64,000 nt of DNA from an uncultured Candidatus Sumerlaeota bacterium (GTDB lineage Bacteria > Sumerlaeota > Sumerlaeia > MVZB01 > JAJFLK01): the NCBI GenBank assembly GCA_964463045.1, contig CAYXAU010000007.1, positions 39,916-103,915 on the forward strand, given 5' to 3'. This document shows positions 31,501 through 41,726 of this stretch, in pieces. The notes under the pieces were generated by a model. The model saw only the letters and a list, made by a program, of their open reading frames with translations, was not told the DNA's origin and ran no database searches. The position numbers and the translations under genes were made by a program. Position 1 is the first letter of the stretch. Every line of letters begins with the position of its first letter.

Positions 31501-33125
31501 CAGGCCTCCACCGCCGCCTTGAGCTTGCTCTCGGCTGCGATCAGGAAGTTGGCCGACGTGACGACGACCTCTCCCTCCTCCAGCCCTTCGAGCGCCTCGA
31601 CGCGGTCCGCCGTCCGGACACCGACGCGGATGGGGCGGGGTTTGAGCCGGCCGCCGCCCAGATCGACGAAGACGAGCCGGGTCTGGCCGGCGTAAACGAC
31701 GGCGCTTTCCGGCACGACCAGGCGCTCCCCGAGGGGCCGGGCCAGCTCCACATTGGCGTACATGGCCGGCTTAAGCGCCCCATCGGGGTTGGGGGTGATC
31801 AGCCGTACCCGTCCCGTGCGCGTCGTGGGGTCCAGATACGGGTAGATATAGGCGACTTCGCCCGCGAAGCGACGGTCGGGTAGATAGGAAAGCGTGATCT
31901 GCGCCCCCAGCCCGGGCTTGACGAGCGGCACCTCGAACTCATAAACGTCGGCTTCGACCCAGACGACGGACAGATCGGCCAACCGATAAAGCAACCGGCC
32001 CGGCTCAACGGCGCTCCCCTGGACGATATTCTTCTCGATGACCACGCCGCCGACGGGCGCGCGGATCGGGACGTATTCCCAGGCCCGACCGGCGCGCGCA
32101 ATCTCCTCCAGCACGTCTTCGCCGATGTCCCACAGGCGCAGGCGGCGGCGCGAGGCCTCGACCAGCCGGGATCCGCGGGCTGCGTTCTCCCTCGCCTCGC
32201 CCAGCGCGCGCAGATATTCCTCTTGGGCGGCCAGAAGCTCTGGACTATAGATCGTGAAAAGCGTGGAGCCGGCCTCGACGCGCTTGCCCGTGTAATCGGC
32301 CTCGACTGCGCCGATCCAACCGCCGAACTTGAGCGTCACATCGGCTAGCCGGGTCTCGTCGTAGGCGACGCGGCCCACGGCGCGGATCACGGCGGTGAGC
32401 TCTTCGCGTCGCGCGGAGGCGGTTTTGACGCCAATCAATTGGCGGCGGCCTTCCTCGACGACGATCGCCCCGACGCGCAGCTCTTCGCGCGTGACGGGGG
32501 TCAGGTCCATGCGGCAGATGGGGCACGTGCCGGGCTCGGCGGATTTGACTGAGGGATGCATCGAACACGTGTAGTAAGCGACGCCGCCCTCGGCCCCCTC
32601 CCCGCCGGAACCCGTGGCCGAGATGACCGTCAGCCCCTTGAGCCGGGGAGCGAGCGTCATATCCAGGTCGGCGTGACCCTGCTCGGGGTGCTCGACGCGC
32701 CCCCTGAGATTCCAGGTTCCCCGCATGGAAAGCTCGAAGGCGGCCCGGTATCGGCCGGGGGGGGTCTCCTCAATCTCGGCGGCCGATCGCATCTCCGGCA
32801 TGCTCCCCATGGCCGCCATCACGGCCTGGAATTCGACCCGTACGCCGGCCAGAGGTGACCCCGCCCCATCACGCACGGTCAGGACGAGCGCGTTCTCGCC
32901 CACGACCGGAGGGTCGGGCGCCAAGGCGGCCTCGATTACGAACGGGCCGGCCGGGATGGTCTGGGCCTCGCCGATGGCCTCAGAGGCTGAACGGCCGCCG
33001 AGGCCGGCCCATTCCAGAGGCAGGACCGAGAACCAGTCGGCAAGCTGCGACCGATAGACGGCCCCAGCGACGAGCAACGCGACGATCACCAGCAACGAGG
33101 GGATCGATCCGATCAGTCGTTTCAT
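31497..33125 (-). CDS. cusB: RND efflux periplasmic adaptor (CusB-like) with heavy-metal-binding CxxC domain and an extra N-terminal beta-rich domain
   Basis: YYTCSMHPSVKSAEPGTCPICRMDL is the HMBD found in CusB/Cu-ATPase N-termini. The membrane-fusion-protein barrel/lipoyl regions follow. About 150 aa upstream of the HMBD are an additional domain. Confidence 0.8.
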   Translation of the reverse strand: MKRLIGSIPSLLVIVALLVAGAVYRSQLADWFSVLPLEWAGLGGRSASEAIGEAQTIPAGPFVIEAALAPDPPVVGENALVLTVRDGAGSPLAGVRVEFQAVMAAMGSMPEMRSAAEIEETPPGRYRAAFELSMRGTWNLRGRVEHPEQGHADLDMTLAPRLKGLTVISATGSGGEGAEGGVAYYTCSMHPSVKSAEPGTCPICRMDLTPVTREELRVGAIVVEEGRRQLIGVKTASARREELTAVIRAVGRVAYDETRLADVTLKFGGWIGAVEADYTGKRVEAGSTLFTIYSPELLAAQEEYLRALGEARENAARGSRLVEASRRRLRLWDIGEDVLEEIARAGRAWEYVPIRAPVGGVVIEKNIVQGSAVEPGRLLYRLADLSVVWVEADVYEFEVPLVKPGLGAQITLSYLPDRRFAGEVAYIYPYLDPTTRTGRVRLITPNPDGALKPAMYANVELARPLGERLVVPESAVVYAGQTRLVFVDLGGGRLKPRPIRVGVRTADRVEALEGLEEGEVVVTSANFLIAAESKLKAAVEAW

Positions 33126-33127
33126 GG

Positions 33128-34570
33128 TTAATCTCCTTCCTGAGACGGACGCGCCTCAATGGGCCCGCCGACGGCCCGCTCAAGGTCCGCCTCGCGTTGG
33201 AAATACTCGGCCAGGGCCTGACGTCGATTCAGTTCAAGGGTGAGAAGCTTGCGCTCGGCCTCGATCAGCGTGGCCCGGTCGCTCCGGCCCGCCTCATAGT
33301 TGGATCGCGCCGTGGCCAGGGCCTCGCGCGCCGGGGGCAGAAATTGAGCGTCATACAGGTGAATCACGTGGCGGCTCTCCTGGAGCTGATCGAACGCCAG
33401 TTGCACCTCCGCCTCCAGCTCCCGGCGCATCTGCTCAAGTTCGGCGGTCAGGCGTTCGAGCCGGGCGTGAGCCTCTTCCTCAGCGGCGCGCCGGCGCCGC
33501 CGCTGGATCGGAATGTTGAAGCCGAGCCCAATCATGGGCCGCAGCTCCCGCACGTCCCAGAAAGCGTCATAAGCGGCCATCAACGTGAGATCAGGAAAGT
33601 ATTCCTTGCGCGCGAGCGCGACGTCAGCCTCTGCGGCCCGGAGCCGCGCTTCCAGCGCGCTCAACTCCGGGCGGCGGCTCAGGGCCACGGCCCGCAGCGC
33701 TTCGGCCGCCGGAGATTCGGCCTCCGGGATCTCCACCAAGGGCGGTGGGGGCGGGAACGCAAGCTCCGGCGATTGATTCAGCAGGGCGCTCAGGCGGGCC
33801 TCCGCATTTTTGCGGAGGCGATCCAGCGACAGGCTCCGGTGGCGAACATGGGCCAGCTCGATCTCGGCCTCCAAAGCGTCTTCCTTCGAGCCCAGCCCGG
33901 TCTCATAGCGGCTCCGGGCATTGGCCAGCAGCTCCTGCGCCAGCGCCGATTCCCTCTGATTGATGGCCTCGGCTTCGTGGACGAACGCCAACTCGAAATA
34001 GGCGAGTTTAGTCTCGTGGATGAGCTTCTGGCGGGCGGTCTCCACGTCCTCTCCCGCCGCTTCAGCTTCCTCCAGGGCCGAGCGCCCGCGCAGCCGCAGC
34101 TTCCCCGGCCAGGGCACCCGTTGGGAAAGGTCCAGCCGATAGGCCACGTCCAATCGTTCCCCCATTTCCGTCCGTGGCCGATCCAACGTCTTCGGCCCGA
34201 CCATGCCGGAGATCATGGGGTCCTCCAAAGAAATCACCTGCGGATAACGGGCCACCGCCTCGCGCCAGGCCTGACGCATGGCTTCGAGCGATCCGTTGCG
34301 CGCCAGGACCGTCTCGATCAGCCCGTCGAGGCGAAGAGCCGACCCGGCCAGGGCCGGCTCGCTCTGCCCGGGCGAGGGGCTGGACCCGAGCGGCCGGGTC
34401 TCAGCCCACGTGGCCGAACCCGGCTCCTCCCAGGCACGGGCTCGCAGGGTCTCGTAACGTCCATCCGGCCGCGCGCAACCGGTGGCCATCAATAAACCGG
34501 CTAAAACCCAAGGAACTTGTTGTCCGCGTTTGGCGTTCCGCATCTCGCCCTTCCTCATCCTTCGTTGCAA
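33128..34570 (-). CDS. cusC: Outer-membrane efflux lipoprotein, TolC/NodT family (CusC-like)
   Basis: Lipobox (LMATGCA) and two OEP repeats with coiled-coil periodicity. It is located upstream of the adaptor and RND pump. Confidence 0.8.
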   Translation of the reverse strand: MQRRMRKGEMRNAKRGQQVPWVLAGLLMATGCARPDGRYETLRARAWEEPGSATWAETRPLGSSPSPGQSEPALAGSALRLDGLIETVLARNGSLEAMRQAWREAVARYPQVISLEDPMISGMVGPKTLDRPRTEMGERLDVAYRLDLSQRVPWPGKLRLRGRSALEEAEAAGEDVETARQKLIHETKLAYFELAFVHEAEAINQRESALAQELLANARSRYETGLGSKEDALEAEIELAHVRHRSLSLDRLRKNAEARLSALLNQSPELAFPPPPPLVEIPEAESPAAEALRAVALSRRPELSALEARLRAAEADVALARKEYFPDLTLMAAYDAFWDVRELRPMIGLGFNIPIQRRRRRAAEEEAHARLERLTAELEQMRRELEAEVQLAFDQLQESRHVIHLYDAQFLPPAREALATARSNYEAGRSDRATLIEAERKLLTLELNRRQALAEYFQREADLERAVGGPIEARPSQEGD

Positions 34571-34778
34571 CGACGTGGCGCCCTCAATCCGCTGAAGCGA
34601 TCGGGCTCGGCGACGCGGCGCCGACGCCCGAGGGCATCGCCGCCGACGGCCTGGCTCATCGGCAGCCCCGCCGCCGGAGAGAACTCGTCCCTGCTACCGG
34701 GAATCGGCCAAGCCAGGCCCCGCGCGCGAGCGAGGTCTCCCCTCAGGCGCGGCCGCGCAGATACCGTTTGTTACGGTT

Positions 34779-35252
34779 TCAGATCAGAAGGGCGCGATGA
34801 AGAAGAAAGCGAGGAGGCGATGGGTCACGAACAGAGTGGTGAAAGCCAATCACGGAGGGCAGCGGCGTCGCGTGGATCATCGTCGCGTGATAACCCAACC
34901 CCAGAATCACCCCCGATTTGCCGACTTTGACCTTGCCCGGATCCGCCGCGGCTAGCGTCGTGGGATTCGGGCCGGGCCGGGCGGGGGCGCCTTTGGCCGA
35001 GCAATCGCAACGCAACTCCGTTAGAGGCTGGGGGTGACAGGGGGCGTCGGCGTCCTTCCGGGCGCGTTGTCCGCCGCAACAATCAGCGCCGGCCCGGGCG
35101 ACCGCCTGACAATCAGCCGGACGAGGATCGCACGGCCCCAGCACGGCAGCCCAGGCCGAGGCGTTCAGGGCGACAGCGAGAAGGCTCGCCAGAGCCACCC
35201 AGCCGGCCGGGCGACCGCTCCACGTGAATTCGGAGGTGAGGCGCCTCATCAA
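34779..35252 (-). CDS. Hypothetical small secreted Cys/His-containing protein upstream of the cus operon
   Basis: Predicted signal peptide (WVALASLLAVALNASAWAA). Cys cluster (CDP..ADC...ADCCG...CHP...CDC). His-rich C-terminal patch (HATMIHATP...GFHHSV). No homology is recognised. The coding status is uncertain in a GC-rich 880-bp intergenic region. Confidence 0.3.
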   Translation of the reverse strand: MMRRLTSEFTWSGRPAGWVALASLLAVALNASAWAAVLGPCDPRPADCQAVARAGADCCGGQRARKDADAPCHPQPLTELRCDCSAKGAPARPGPNPTTLAAADPGKVKVGKSGVILGLGYHATMIHATPLPSVIGFHHSVRDPSPPRFLLHRALLI

Positions 35253-35448
35253 CCGGAGAGTTTAACCCTGACGCCGCCGAGCCCGCCAGCGGAATCTTCG
35301 CCCTCGACGGGTCCGGCGACCGGCGGGCGAGGCGGGCCATTCCCTTATGGAAGCGGGGATTTCCAATTCGATAGGATGGACCCTGGGGCGGGCGTGTTCA
35401 TTCTCCGGAAGCCGGACGGGGCCGCAGCGGAGACTCAAATCAGGCGAA

Positions 35449-36297
35449 ATGTTGGCCAAACGGATCATCCCTTGCCTCGATGTCAAAGACGGCCGGGTCG
35501 TCAAGGGCGTCCGCTTCGTCGATCTGATCGACGCGGGCGATCCCGTGGAAGCAGCGGCCGCCTATGACGCCGCCGGGGCCGATGAGCTCGTCTTCCTCGA
35601 CATCACCGCCTCCAGCGACGGCCGAGAGATCATGGCCGACGTCGTCCGCCGCACCGCCGATCGCGTCTTCATGCCGACGACCGTCGGGGGAGGGCTCCGC
35701 ACCGTCGAGGACGTTAACGCCATGTTACGGGCCGGGGCCGACAAGGTCTCGCTCAACACGGCGGCCGTCCAACGACCGGCGTTGATCGGCGAGGCCGCGC
35801 GCCGGTTCGGCTCGCAGTGCATCGTCGTCGCCATCGACGCCCGGCGGCGGGACGCCGCCGACCCGACCCGCGGCTGGGAGGTGTTCACGCACGGAGGACG
35901 CACGCCGACGGGGCTCTCGGCGCTCGAATGGGCCCGAGAGGCCGAGCGGCTGGGCGCCGGCGAAGTCCTCCTGACCAGCATGGATTGCGACGGCACACAG
36001 GCGGGCTATGACCTCGAACTGACGGCCGCCGTGGCCGACGCCGTCTCCATCCCCGTTATCGCCTCCGGCGGCGTCGGGAATCTGGAGCATCTCTACGAGG
36101 GGCTGACCCGCGGAAAGGCCGACGCCGTGCTGGCGGCTTCGATCTTTCACTTCGGGCAATTCACCATCGTCGAGGCCAAACGCTACCTGGCCCGCCGGGG
36201 AGTGTGCGTGCGTCCGGTCCGGCGGCCAAGGACGCGCCGTCTCACGGACGGACCCGGCGGCGCGGCCCTGGACCGCCCCCGAGGCCGCGCGGCTTGA
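35449..36297 (+). CDS. hisF: Imidazole glycerol phosphate synthase cyclase subunit
   Basis: [22 protein letters not shown]......GDPVE.A..Y...[10 protein letters not shown]. Basic ~30 aa C-terminal tail. No other his genes are adjacent. Confidence 0.9.
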   Translation: MLAKRIIPCLDVKDGRVVKGVRFVDLIDAGDPVEAAAAYDAAGADELVFLDITASSDGREIMADVVRRTADRVFMPTTVGGGLRTVEDVNAMLRAGADKVSLNTAAVQRPALIGEAARRFGSQCIVVAIDARRRDAADPTRGWEVFTHGGRTPTGLSALEWAREAERLGAGEVLLTSMDCDGTQAGYDLELTAAVADAVSIPVIASGGVGNLEHLYEGLTRGKADAVLAASIFHFGQFTIVEAKRYLARRGVCVRPVRRPRTRRLTDGPGGAALDRPRGRAA

Positions 36298-36375
36298 GCC
36301 CGGGCGGCCTGCCTCAGATTTCTCCCGATCCACCGCCGCAGGGCCTCCGCGGCCCCGGCCCCAGCCGCGCAGCCC

Positions 36376-37563
36376 GTGGGTGAACCCATCCGCATCGCCT
36401 ATATGATCGGTTCCATGCGACGCGGCGGCGCCGAAGGCCAGGTCGTCGAGCTGCTGCGGCATTTCAACCAGGGCGACTTCAGGGCCTCGCTCTATCTGCT
36501 GGCCGAAGCGGGAGAACATCTGGAGACGGTCCGCGCGATCGGCGCGCGCGTCCGCGGCTTCGACTTCGAGCGCCGCCACCGTTGGTATGATCCTCGGCTC
36601 GGTTGGCACGTCTTCAAGACCGTCCGGCGCATTGAAGCCGCCCTCGGCGAGGACCAGCCCCAGATCTTTCACGCCTTCCTTTACTGGGCCAACGTCCTGG
36701 GGGCGTGGGCGGCCTCCCGGGCGCGCGTTCCCTGCGTCATCGCGAGCCGACGGAGTCTGGGTTTTTTCAAGGACGGCCGGCCCTGGCTCCAAAGCCTGGA
36801 GAACTGGGCGAACGGCCGCGTCCATCGCGTAACGGTCAATTCGAAGGCGGTGCTGGAGGACGTGCTCGCCCGCGAGCGGATCCGGAGCGAGAAAATCCGC
36901 CTCATTCACAACGGGGTCGCCGTTGAAGCGACGCCGCGTCCGGAGGAAATCGCCCCCTTCCTCCGGAACCTGGGCCTTTCGCCTGAAAGCCGGGCCGGGC
37001 TGAGTCTGATCGTCTGCGTCGCCAACCTCATCCATTATAAAGGGCATCAGACGCTGATCGAGGCGATGGCCGAGGTGGTCCAAGCCCTCCCGAACGCCCG
37101 ACTGATCCTCGTCGGGCGGGACGGCGGGATGGAGGCGGCTCTGCGCCGCCGCGTGACCGAGTTGAACTTGGAGCGCGCGGTCATCTTTGCGGGGCCCCAG
37201 TCGGCGCTTCGACCCGTTTACGCCGCCGCCGATCTGGTCGTCCTTGCGTCGGATGAAGAAGGCTTCTCCAATGTGATTCTGGAAGCCATGGCGGCAGGCC
37301 GGGCCATCGTCGCCACGGCGGTCGGCGGCGTCCCCGAAGCGATCGAGCACGGTCGCCAGGGGTTGCTCGTCCCCCCCCATGATCCGACGAGCCTCGCCCG
37401 CGCCATCATTGAAGCCTTGCGGGAGGCCGGGCTGCGGGCGCGGCTGGGGATGGCCGCGCGCGAACGCGCCTCGGGCGAGTTCTCCCTCGATCGCATGCTG
37501 GCGGCTCATGAGGCGCTTTACCGCGAGTGCCTGCAGTCGGCCGCCGGGGGGCCTCACGCCTGA
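36376..37563 (+). CDS. Glycosyltransferase family 4 (GT-B, retaining)
   Basis: N-terminal RIAYMIGSMRRGGAEGQVVELL Rossmann start. C-terminal GT4 EX7E-type region (EGFSNVILEAMAAGRAIVATAVGGVPE). Confidence 0.8.
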   Translation: MGEPIRIAYMIGSMRRGGAEGQVVELLRHFNQGDFRASLYLLAEAGEHLETVRAIGARVRGFDFERRHRWYDPRLGWHVFKTVRRIEAALGEDQPQIFHAFLYWANVLGAWAASRARVPCVIASRRSLGFFKDGRPWLQSLENWANGRVHRVTVNSKAVLEDVLARERIRSEKIRLIHNGVAVEATPRPEEIAPFLRNLGLSPESRAGLSLIVCVANLIHYKGHQTLIEAMAEVVQALPNARLILVGRDGGMEAALRRRVTELNLERAVIFAGPQSALRPVYAAADLVVLASDEEGFSNVILEAMAAGRAIVATAVGGVPEAIEHGRQGLLVPPHDPTSLARAIIEALREAGLRARLGMAARERASGEFSLDRMLAAHEALYRECLQSAAGGPHA

Positions 37564-38324
37564 TGGGCGAGCGAAGGCCCCGACGCTTCGGCGCGCGCCG
37601 GAGGGGAGCCGATGCCTCCCGGACGGTGGCCGGCGGCTTGAGCCTTGTGCTTTACGATCTCGACGGAACCCTGGTGGACGCCTTTGAGGACATCGCGGCG
37701 GCCTTGAACCACGGGCTTCGCGAAGCAGGCCTGGACGAACAGCCGATCGAGCGCGTCCGGGCCTGGGTCGGCGACGGAATCCTTCGCCTGGTCGAACGCG
37801 CCGCCGGGCCGGGGAACCGCAATCGCGCTCGGGAGATCGTCCCCGCCGTGCGGGCTTACTACAACGCCCACGCGACCCGAACCGCTCGACTTTATCCGGG
37901 CGTCAAGGCGACGCTCCGTCGTCTGCGCGTCTCCGGACTGAGGCAAGCTATCCTCACCAACAAGCCGCACGACGTGGCGCTAACGAGCTGCGATCGTCTG
38001 GGGCTGACCCCCTTGGTCGACGCGATCCAGGGAGAAACCTCCGGGGCCCCCCTGAAACCCGACCCCCGATCGGCCCGCCGCCTGATCCGCCGCCTGAAGG
38101 CCACCCCCGCCGGCACGGTGATGGTCGGCGACGGCCCCGCCGATCTCGCCTTGGCCAAGGCCGCCGGGATCGCCATGATCGGTTGCGCGTGGGGAACGAC
38201 CCCACGGCAACGCCTGCTGGCGGCGGGGTGCGATGTCGTAATCGAGGCGATCGAGGAGCTGCCGGGGGCGCTCGAGCGCTTGCGGGACCGGACGCCGCCT
38301 CCGCGCTCGCGGCCGCTGCGATGA
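37563..38324 (+). CDS. HAD-superfamily hydrolase (phosphoglycolate-phosphatase-like)
   Basis: Motif I LVLYDLDGTLVD, motif II TNK and motif IV GDG..D. The start is placed at the ATG overlapping the GT4 stop (TGATG) rather than the upstream 37527. Confidence 0.75.
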   Translation: MGERRPRRFGARRRGADASRTVAGGLSLVLYDLDGTLVDAFEDIAAALNHGLREAGLDEQPIERVRAWVGDGILRLVERAAGPGNRNRAREIVPAVRAYYNAHATRTARLYPGVKATLRRLRVSGLRQAILTNKPHDVALTSCDRLGLTPLVDAIQGETSGAPLKPDPRSARRLIRRLKATPAGTVMVGDGPADLALAKAAGIAMIGCAWGTTPRQRLLAAGCDVVIEAIEELPGALERLRDRTPPPRSRPLR

Positions 38325-38349
38325 GGCGCTCCGGCCGGCGAGGCGCCGG

Positions 38350-39852
38350 TCAGTCCCTTGAAGCGTTGGCGTCGGAGGCGTCCGGGATCGAATGCCCGAG
38401 ACGCCGAAGATGAGCCTCCAGCGAGTGCTCGGCCCAGCGCCACATCTCCCGCGGCACGTCGTCATAGGCCGCCGACATCAATTCCTGCCGGGTCCGAGGG
38501 CCGTCGGCCAGGGCGGCCCGGATGCGCTCTTCGCGCCAGAGGCGATGGTCGATGTACTGACGGAGGACGGACGCGGGGTCGTGGAGCGGCGCGCCGTGCG
38601 CCGGAATCATGAGCGTGGCTTCCAGACGGGTCAGCCGCTCCAGACTCCGAAGGTAGTCGGTCATGTCGCCGCCATGGCGGGGTGAGACGACGATGGTGCT
38701 CCCCTGGGCGACCATGTCGCCGCAGATGAGCGTCCTCGAGGTCTCCTCAAAGAAACACAGGTGACCGGGATCGTGGCCGGGGGTGTGCAGGCATCGGAGT
38801 CGCCAATCGGGGCCGCCGGGAACGATCAGGATTTCGTCGTCCTCCAGCAGGCGATCCACGGCGAACCGGACGCGCTCGGCGGTCCGCGCGTGCGCCCAGA
38901 CGGGAGCGCCGAAGACCTGCCGCACGAAATCGGCGGCGCCGACGTGATCGGGATGCGAGTGCGTCAGAAGGACGGCCTCAAGCCGCCCCCCCGCTTCCAA
39001 CAGATGCTCGAGTTGCCGGCGCAAGAGCGCTTGATCGGTTTCGTAAGGCGTCCCGGGGTCGATCAGGAAAATCCGACGCTCGCCGACGGCGATCATGTTG
39101 GTGTGCGTCGCCGGGGGGAGCGTTGGCGTGCGCAGGGGGAAAACGTAGATTCCCGCCCGATATTCGATGCGGCCCGGTTCGGCCGGCTCCAGATGGGTCG
39201 TCCGTCGCAGCGGCGCGAGCGCCGCCGGATAACCGAAGTCGCTTAATTGCTGAAGGGCGTAAGCCACGGGGGCCGGCAGGAGGATGTCCCCCTGACGCCA
39301 GCGCCGACGCGCCTCGGCCGGGTTGATCCAGAGGAGTTCGTCGAGTTCCCCCTCGATGAGCTCTTCGGAACGGGGCCCCAGGTGCCGGTAAAGGAAATAA
39401 CGCGTGTGGAAACGGATCGGGCTCATCCGAGGGGTGATCCAGAGCCCCGCGGGTTCGAACCGTCGGGCGTCAATCCGCAGCGCGTGACGACGGAGAAAGA
39501 CATCGAAGGCCGACTCCTCGCCCAGGACGGCGCGACGCGCCTGCCGCAGAATGTCCGCTGACGGCGCCCGTTCGACGCCAAGCAGCAAGCCCGTCTCCTC
39601 GAACACCTCGCGGACGAGAGCGTGGATCGCCGCCGCCGTCTCGGCGTCCTCCGCCCCGGTGATATGGGCCGCCCCTTCGGCATCGTGAATGCTGCCGCCG
39701 GGAAAGGCGTGATACCCCCCCATGAAGCGGAGCTTGTCGCTGCGCCGGACGAGCAACAGTTCGTCCCGGCGGGCGTCGTCGAGAATAATGGCGGCAGCCG
39801 CCTTGCGGGGTTCAGCCACCCGGGCCCGATCTGAAATCGAGGGCTCGTTCAT
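38350..39852 (-). CDS. Bifunctional NUDIX hydrolase (CoA-pyrophosphatase-type) / MBL-fold (glyoxalase-II-like) hydrolase
   Basis: The N-terminus has the NuCoA motif LLVRRSDKLRFMGGYHAFPGG and the Nudix box REVFEETGL. The C-terminus has the MBL motif LLTHSHPDHVG with downstream GDMV and PAHG. The start is assigned at MNEPS (39852), overlapping the YceD-like stop by 4 nt. Confidence 0.8.
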   Translation of the reverse strand: MNEPSISDRARVAEPRKAAAAIILDDARRDELLLVRRSDKLRFMGGYHAFPGGSIHDAEGAAHITGAEDAETAAAIHALVREVFEETGLLLGVERAPSADILRQARRAVLGEESAFDVFLRRHALRIDARRFEPAGLWITPRMSPIRFHTRYFLYRHLGPRSEELIEGELDELLWINPAEARRRWRQGDILLPAPVAYALQQLSDFGYPAALAPLRRTTHLEPAEPGRIEYRAGIYVFPLRTPTLPPATHTNMIAVGERRIFLIDPGTPYETDQALLRRQLEHLLEAGGRLEAVLLTHSHPDHVGAADFVRQVFGAPVWAHARTAERVRFAVDRLLEDDEILIVPGGPDWRLRCLHTPGHDPGHLCFFEETSRTLICGDMVAQGSTIVVSPRHGGDMTDYLRSLERLTRLEATLMIPAHGAPLHDPASVLRQYIDHRLWREERIRAALADGPRTRQELMSAAYDDVPREMWRWAEHSLEAHLRRLGHSIPDASDANASRD

Positions 39853-40463
39853 GAGGCGGGATGCTCTCCGAACCGGCGGAGGGCGCGCTTCCACTCCGGG
39901 ACGTCGGCGGCCTCGGGCGAGGCCGCGCCTCGGCAGCGACACGTTTCCACGTTGAGGTTGGCGCCGCAGCCCGGACACAAACCTTTGCAATCGGCCCGGC
40001 ACCGCGGGTAATCGGGCAAAGCGGCCATGATCAGCTCTCGCAGCGTTTCCGCCACGTCGAGCTCCTCCCCTTCGTAATAGGAGACGATATCTTCGACGCC
40101 GGCCGGATCGAGCGGCGAGACCTCCCGCTCGGCCGAGCGCCAGAGCCAGACCTCATCGACGGGCACGCGCAACTCCAGACGGACCGGAGCCAGACATCGA
40201 ACGCAGGGAGTCTCCACCGTTACCTTCAGCCCGCCGTGGCCCTGGACGTCACGGCCCACGAGCGCGAACGTGACGGCCCCCGTCACCGCCCCGACGAAGG
40301 CGTAGGCGTCGTCTTTGAGATCGAACCACTCCGGCCGATGGTCCAGAGGGAGGGTCTTCGGACCTTCGCGGAGATGGTCGATCAGGACTTTGAGCGGCTG
40401 AACGGCCATGGCACTGACTGGCCGGGCCGGGCGGCCCGACGACGGGAAGACCTCAACGAACAA
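39849..40463 (-). CDS. DUF177/YceD-family protein
   Basis: C-terminal Cys cluster RCRADCKGLCPGCGANLNVETCRC typical of YceD/DUF177. It lies between mreB and the NUDIX-MBL gene on the same strand. Confidence 0.75.
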   Translation of the reverse strand: MFVEVFPSSGRPARPVSAMAVQPLKVLIDHLREGPKTLPLDHRPEWFDLKDDAYAFVGAVTGAVTFALVGRDVQGHGGLKVTVETPCVRCLAPVRLELRVPVDEVWLWRSAEREVSPLDPAGVEDIVSYYEGEELDVAETLRELIMAALPDYPRCRADCKGLCPGCGANLNVETCRCRGAASPEAADVPEWKRALRRFGEHPAS

Positions 40464-40471
40464 AGGGCGGC

Positions 40472-41491
40472 CTAGTAGCCGACCGATCCGTTGAGGCTCT
40501 TAAAGATTTCGATGGATTCCAGCGATTTGCCCGTGCCGAGCACGATCGCCGTTTCCGGATTGTCGGCCAGGCGGACGTTGAGCCCCGTCTCGGAGCGGAG
40601 CAGCCGATCCAGCCCGCGCAGTTGCGCCCCGCCGCCGGCCAGCACGATGCCGGAATCGACGATATCAGCGGCCAGCTCCGGCGGCGTGCGCTCCAGCGTC
40701 GATTTGACGGCGTTGACGATGGCCATGACCGGCTCGGTGAGAGCCTCCCGGATTTCCTCGCTTGAGATTTCCAGCGTCCGCGGCATCCCGGCGACCATGT
40801 CGCGCCCCTTGATCACCATCTTCGTCTCGTGCGGCAGGCAATCGGCCGAGCCGATCTTGATTTTGATTTCCTCGGCCGTCCGGTCGCCGATCAAGAGATT
40901 ATACTTGCGCTTGATGTGCTGGACGATGGCGTCGTCCATCCGGTCGCCCGCGATCCGCTCGGATTTGCTGACGACGATCCCGCCGAGCGAGATGACGGCC
41001 ATCTCGGTCGTCCCGCCGCCGACGTCGATGATCATCGAGCCGGCGGGCTCGGTCACCGGCAGCCCGGCGCCGATCGCCGCGGCGAACGGCTCCTCGATCA
41101 GATAGACCCGGTGAGCGCCGGCCTGTTGGGCCGATTCCTCAACGGCCCGACGCTCGACCTCGGTAATGCCGGAAGGGACGGCGATCACGACCCGCGGGCG
41201 AACCGTCGGCAGCGTCGGCCGGACGGCCCGCGCCCGGCGCAGAAAGTATGAGATCATCGTCCGCGTGATGCCGAAATCGGCGATGACGCCGTCCTTCATC
41301 GGCCGGATCGCCGTGATGTAAGCCGGTGTCCGCCCCAGCATCCGCTTGGCTTCGGAGCCGACGGCCAGCACCTTGCGCGTCTCGCTGTTGATGGCGACGA
41401 CCGACGGCTCGGAAAGGACGATCCCCTCCCCCCGGACGTAGACAAGCGTCGTCGCCGTCCCCAGGTCGATCCCGATGTCGAGCGTGAACAC
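40472..41491 (-). CDS. mreB: Rod-shape-determining actin homologue MreB
   Basis: [21 protein letters not shown], and AVGSEAK.MLGRTP are the MreB signature. Length is 339 aa. Confidence 0.95.
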   Translation of the reverse strand: MFTLDIGIDLGTATTLVYVRGEGIVLSEPSVVAINSETRKVLAVGSEAKRMLGRTPAYITAIRPMKDGVIADFGITRTMISYFLRRARAVRPTLPTVRPRVVIAVPSGITEVERRAVEESAQQAGAHRVYLIEEPFAAAIGAGLPVTEPAGSMIIDVGGGTTEMAVISLGGIVVSKSERIAGDRMDDAIVQHIKRKYNLLIGDRTAEEIKIKIGSADCLPHETKMVIKGRDMVAGMPRTLEISSEEIREALTEPVMAIVNAVKSTLERTPPELAADIVDSGIVLAGGGAQLRGLDRLLRSETGLNVRLADNPETAIVLGTGKSLESIEIFKSLNGSVGY

Positions 41492-41726
41492 TCCCGCAGC
41501 CTTGCCTAAAAGCGTTGAGCGGTGATCTCTCCGGCCTGAAACCGTAAGAGCCGCGCTCAGGCTTTCACGTACGCCCTTGAGCGCCCCGAGAAGCTCCGAA
41601 CCTCATCGGACCACATCCCGCGCGGGCTTGTCAATCATGGGCTTGCGCCGGCCCGACGGAGCGTGCGGACCCGGCCGCCGGAGATATCGATTCGAAGCAC
41701 AGGAGACCGGGGGAATCAAAAACTTG

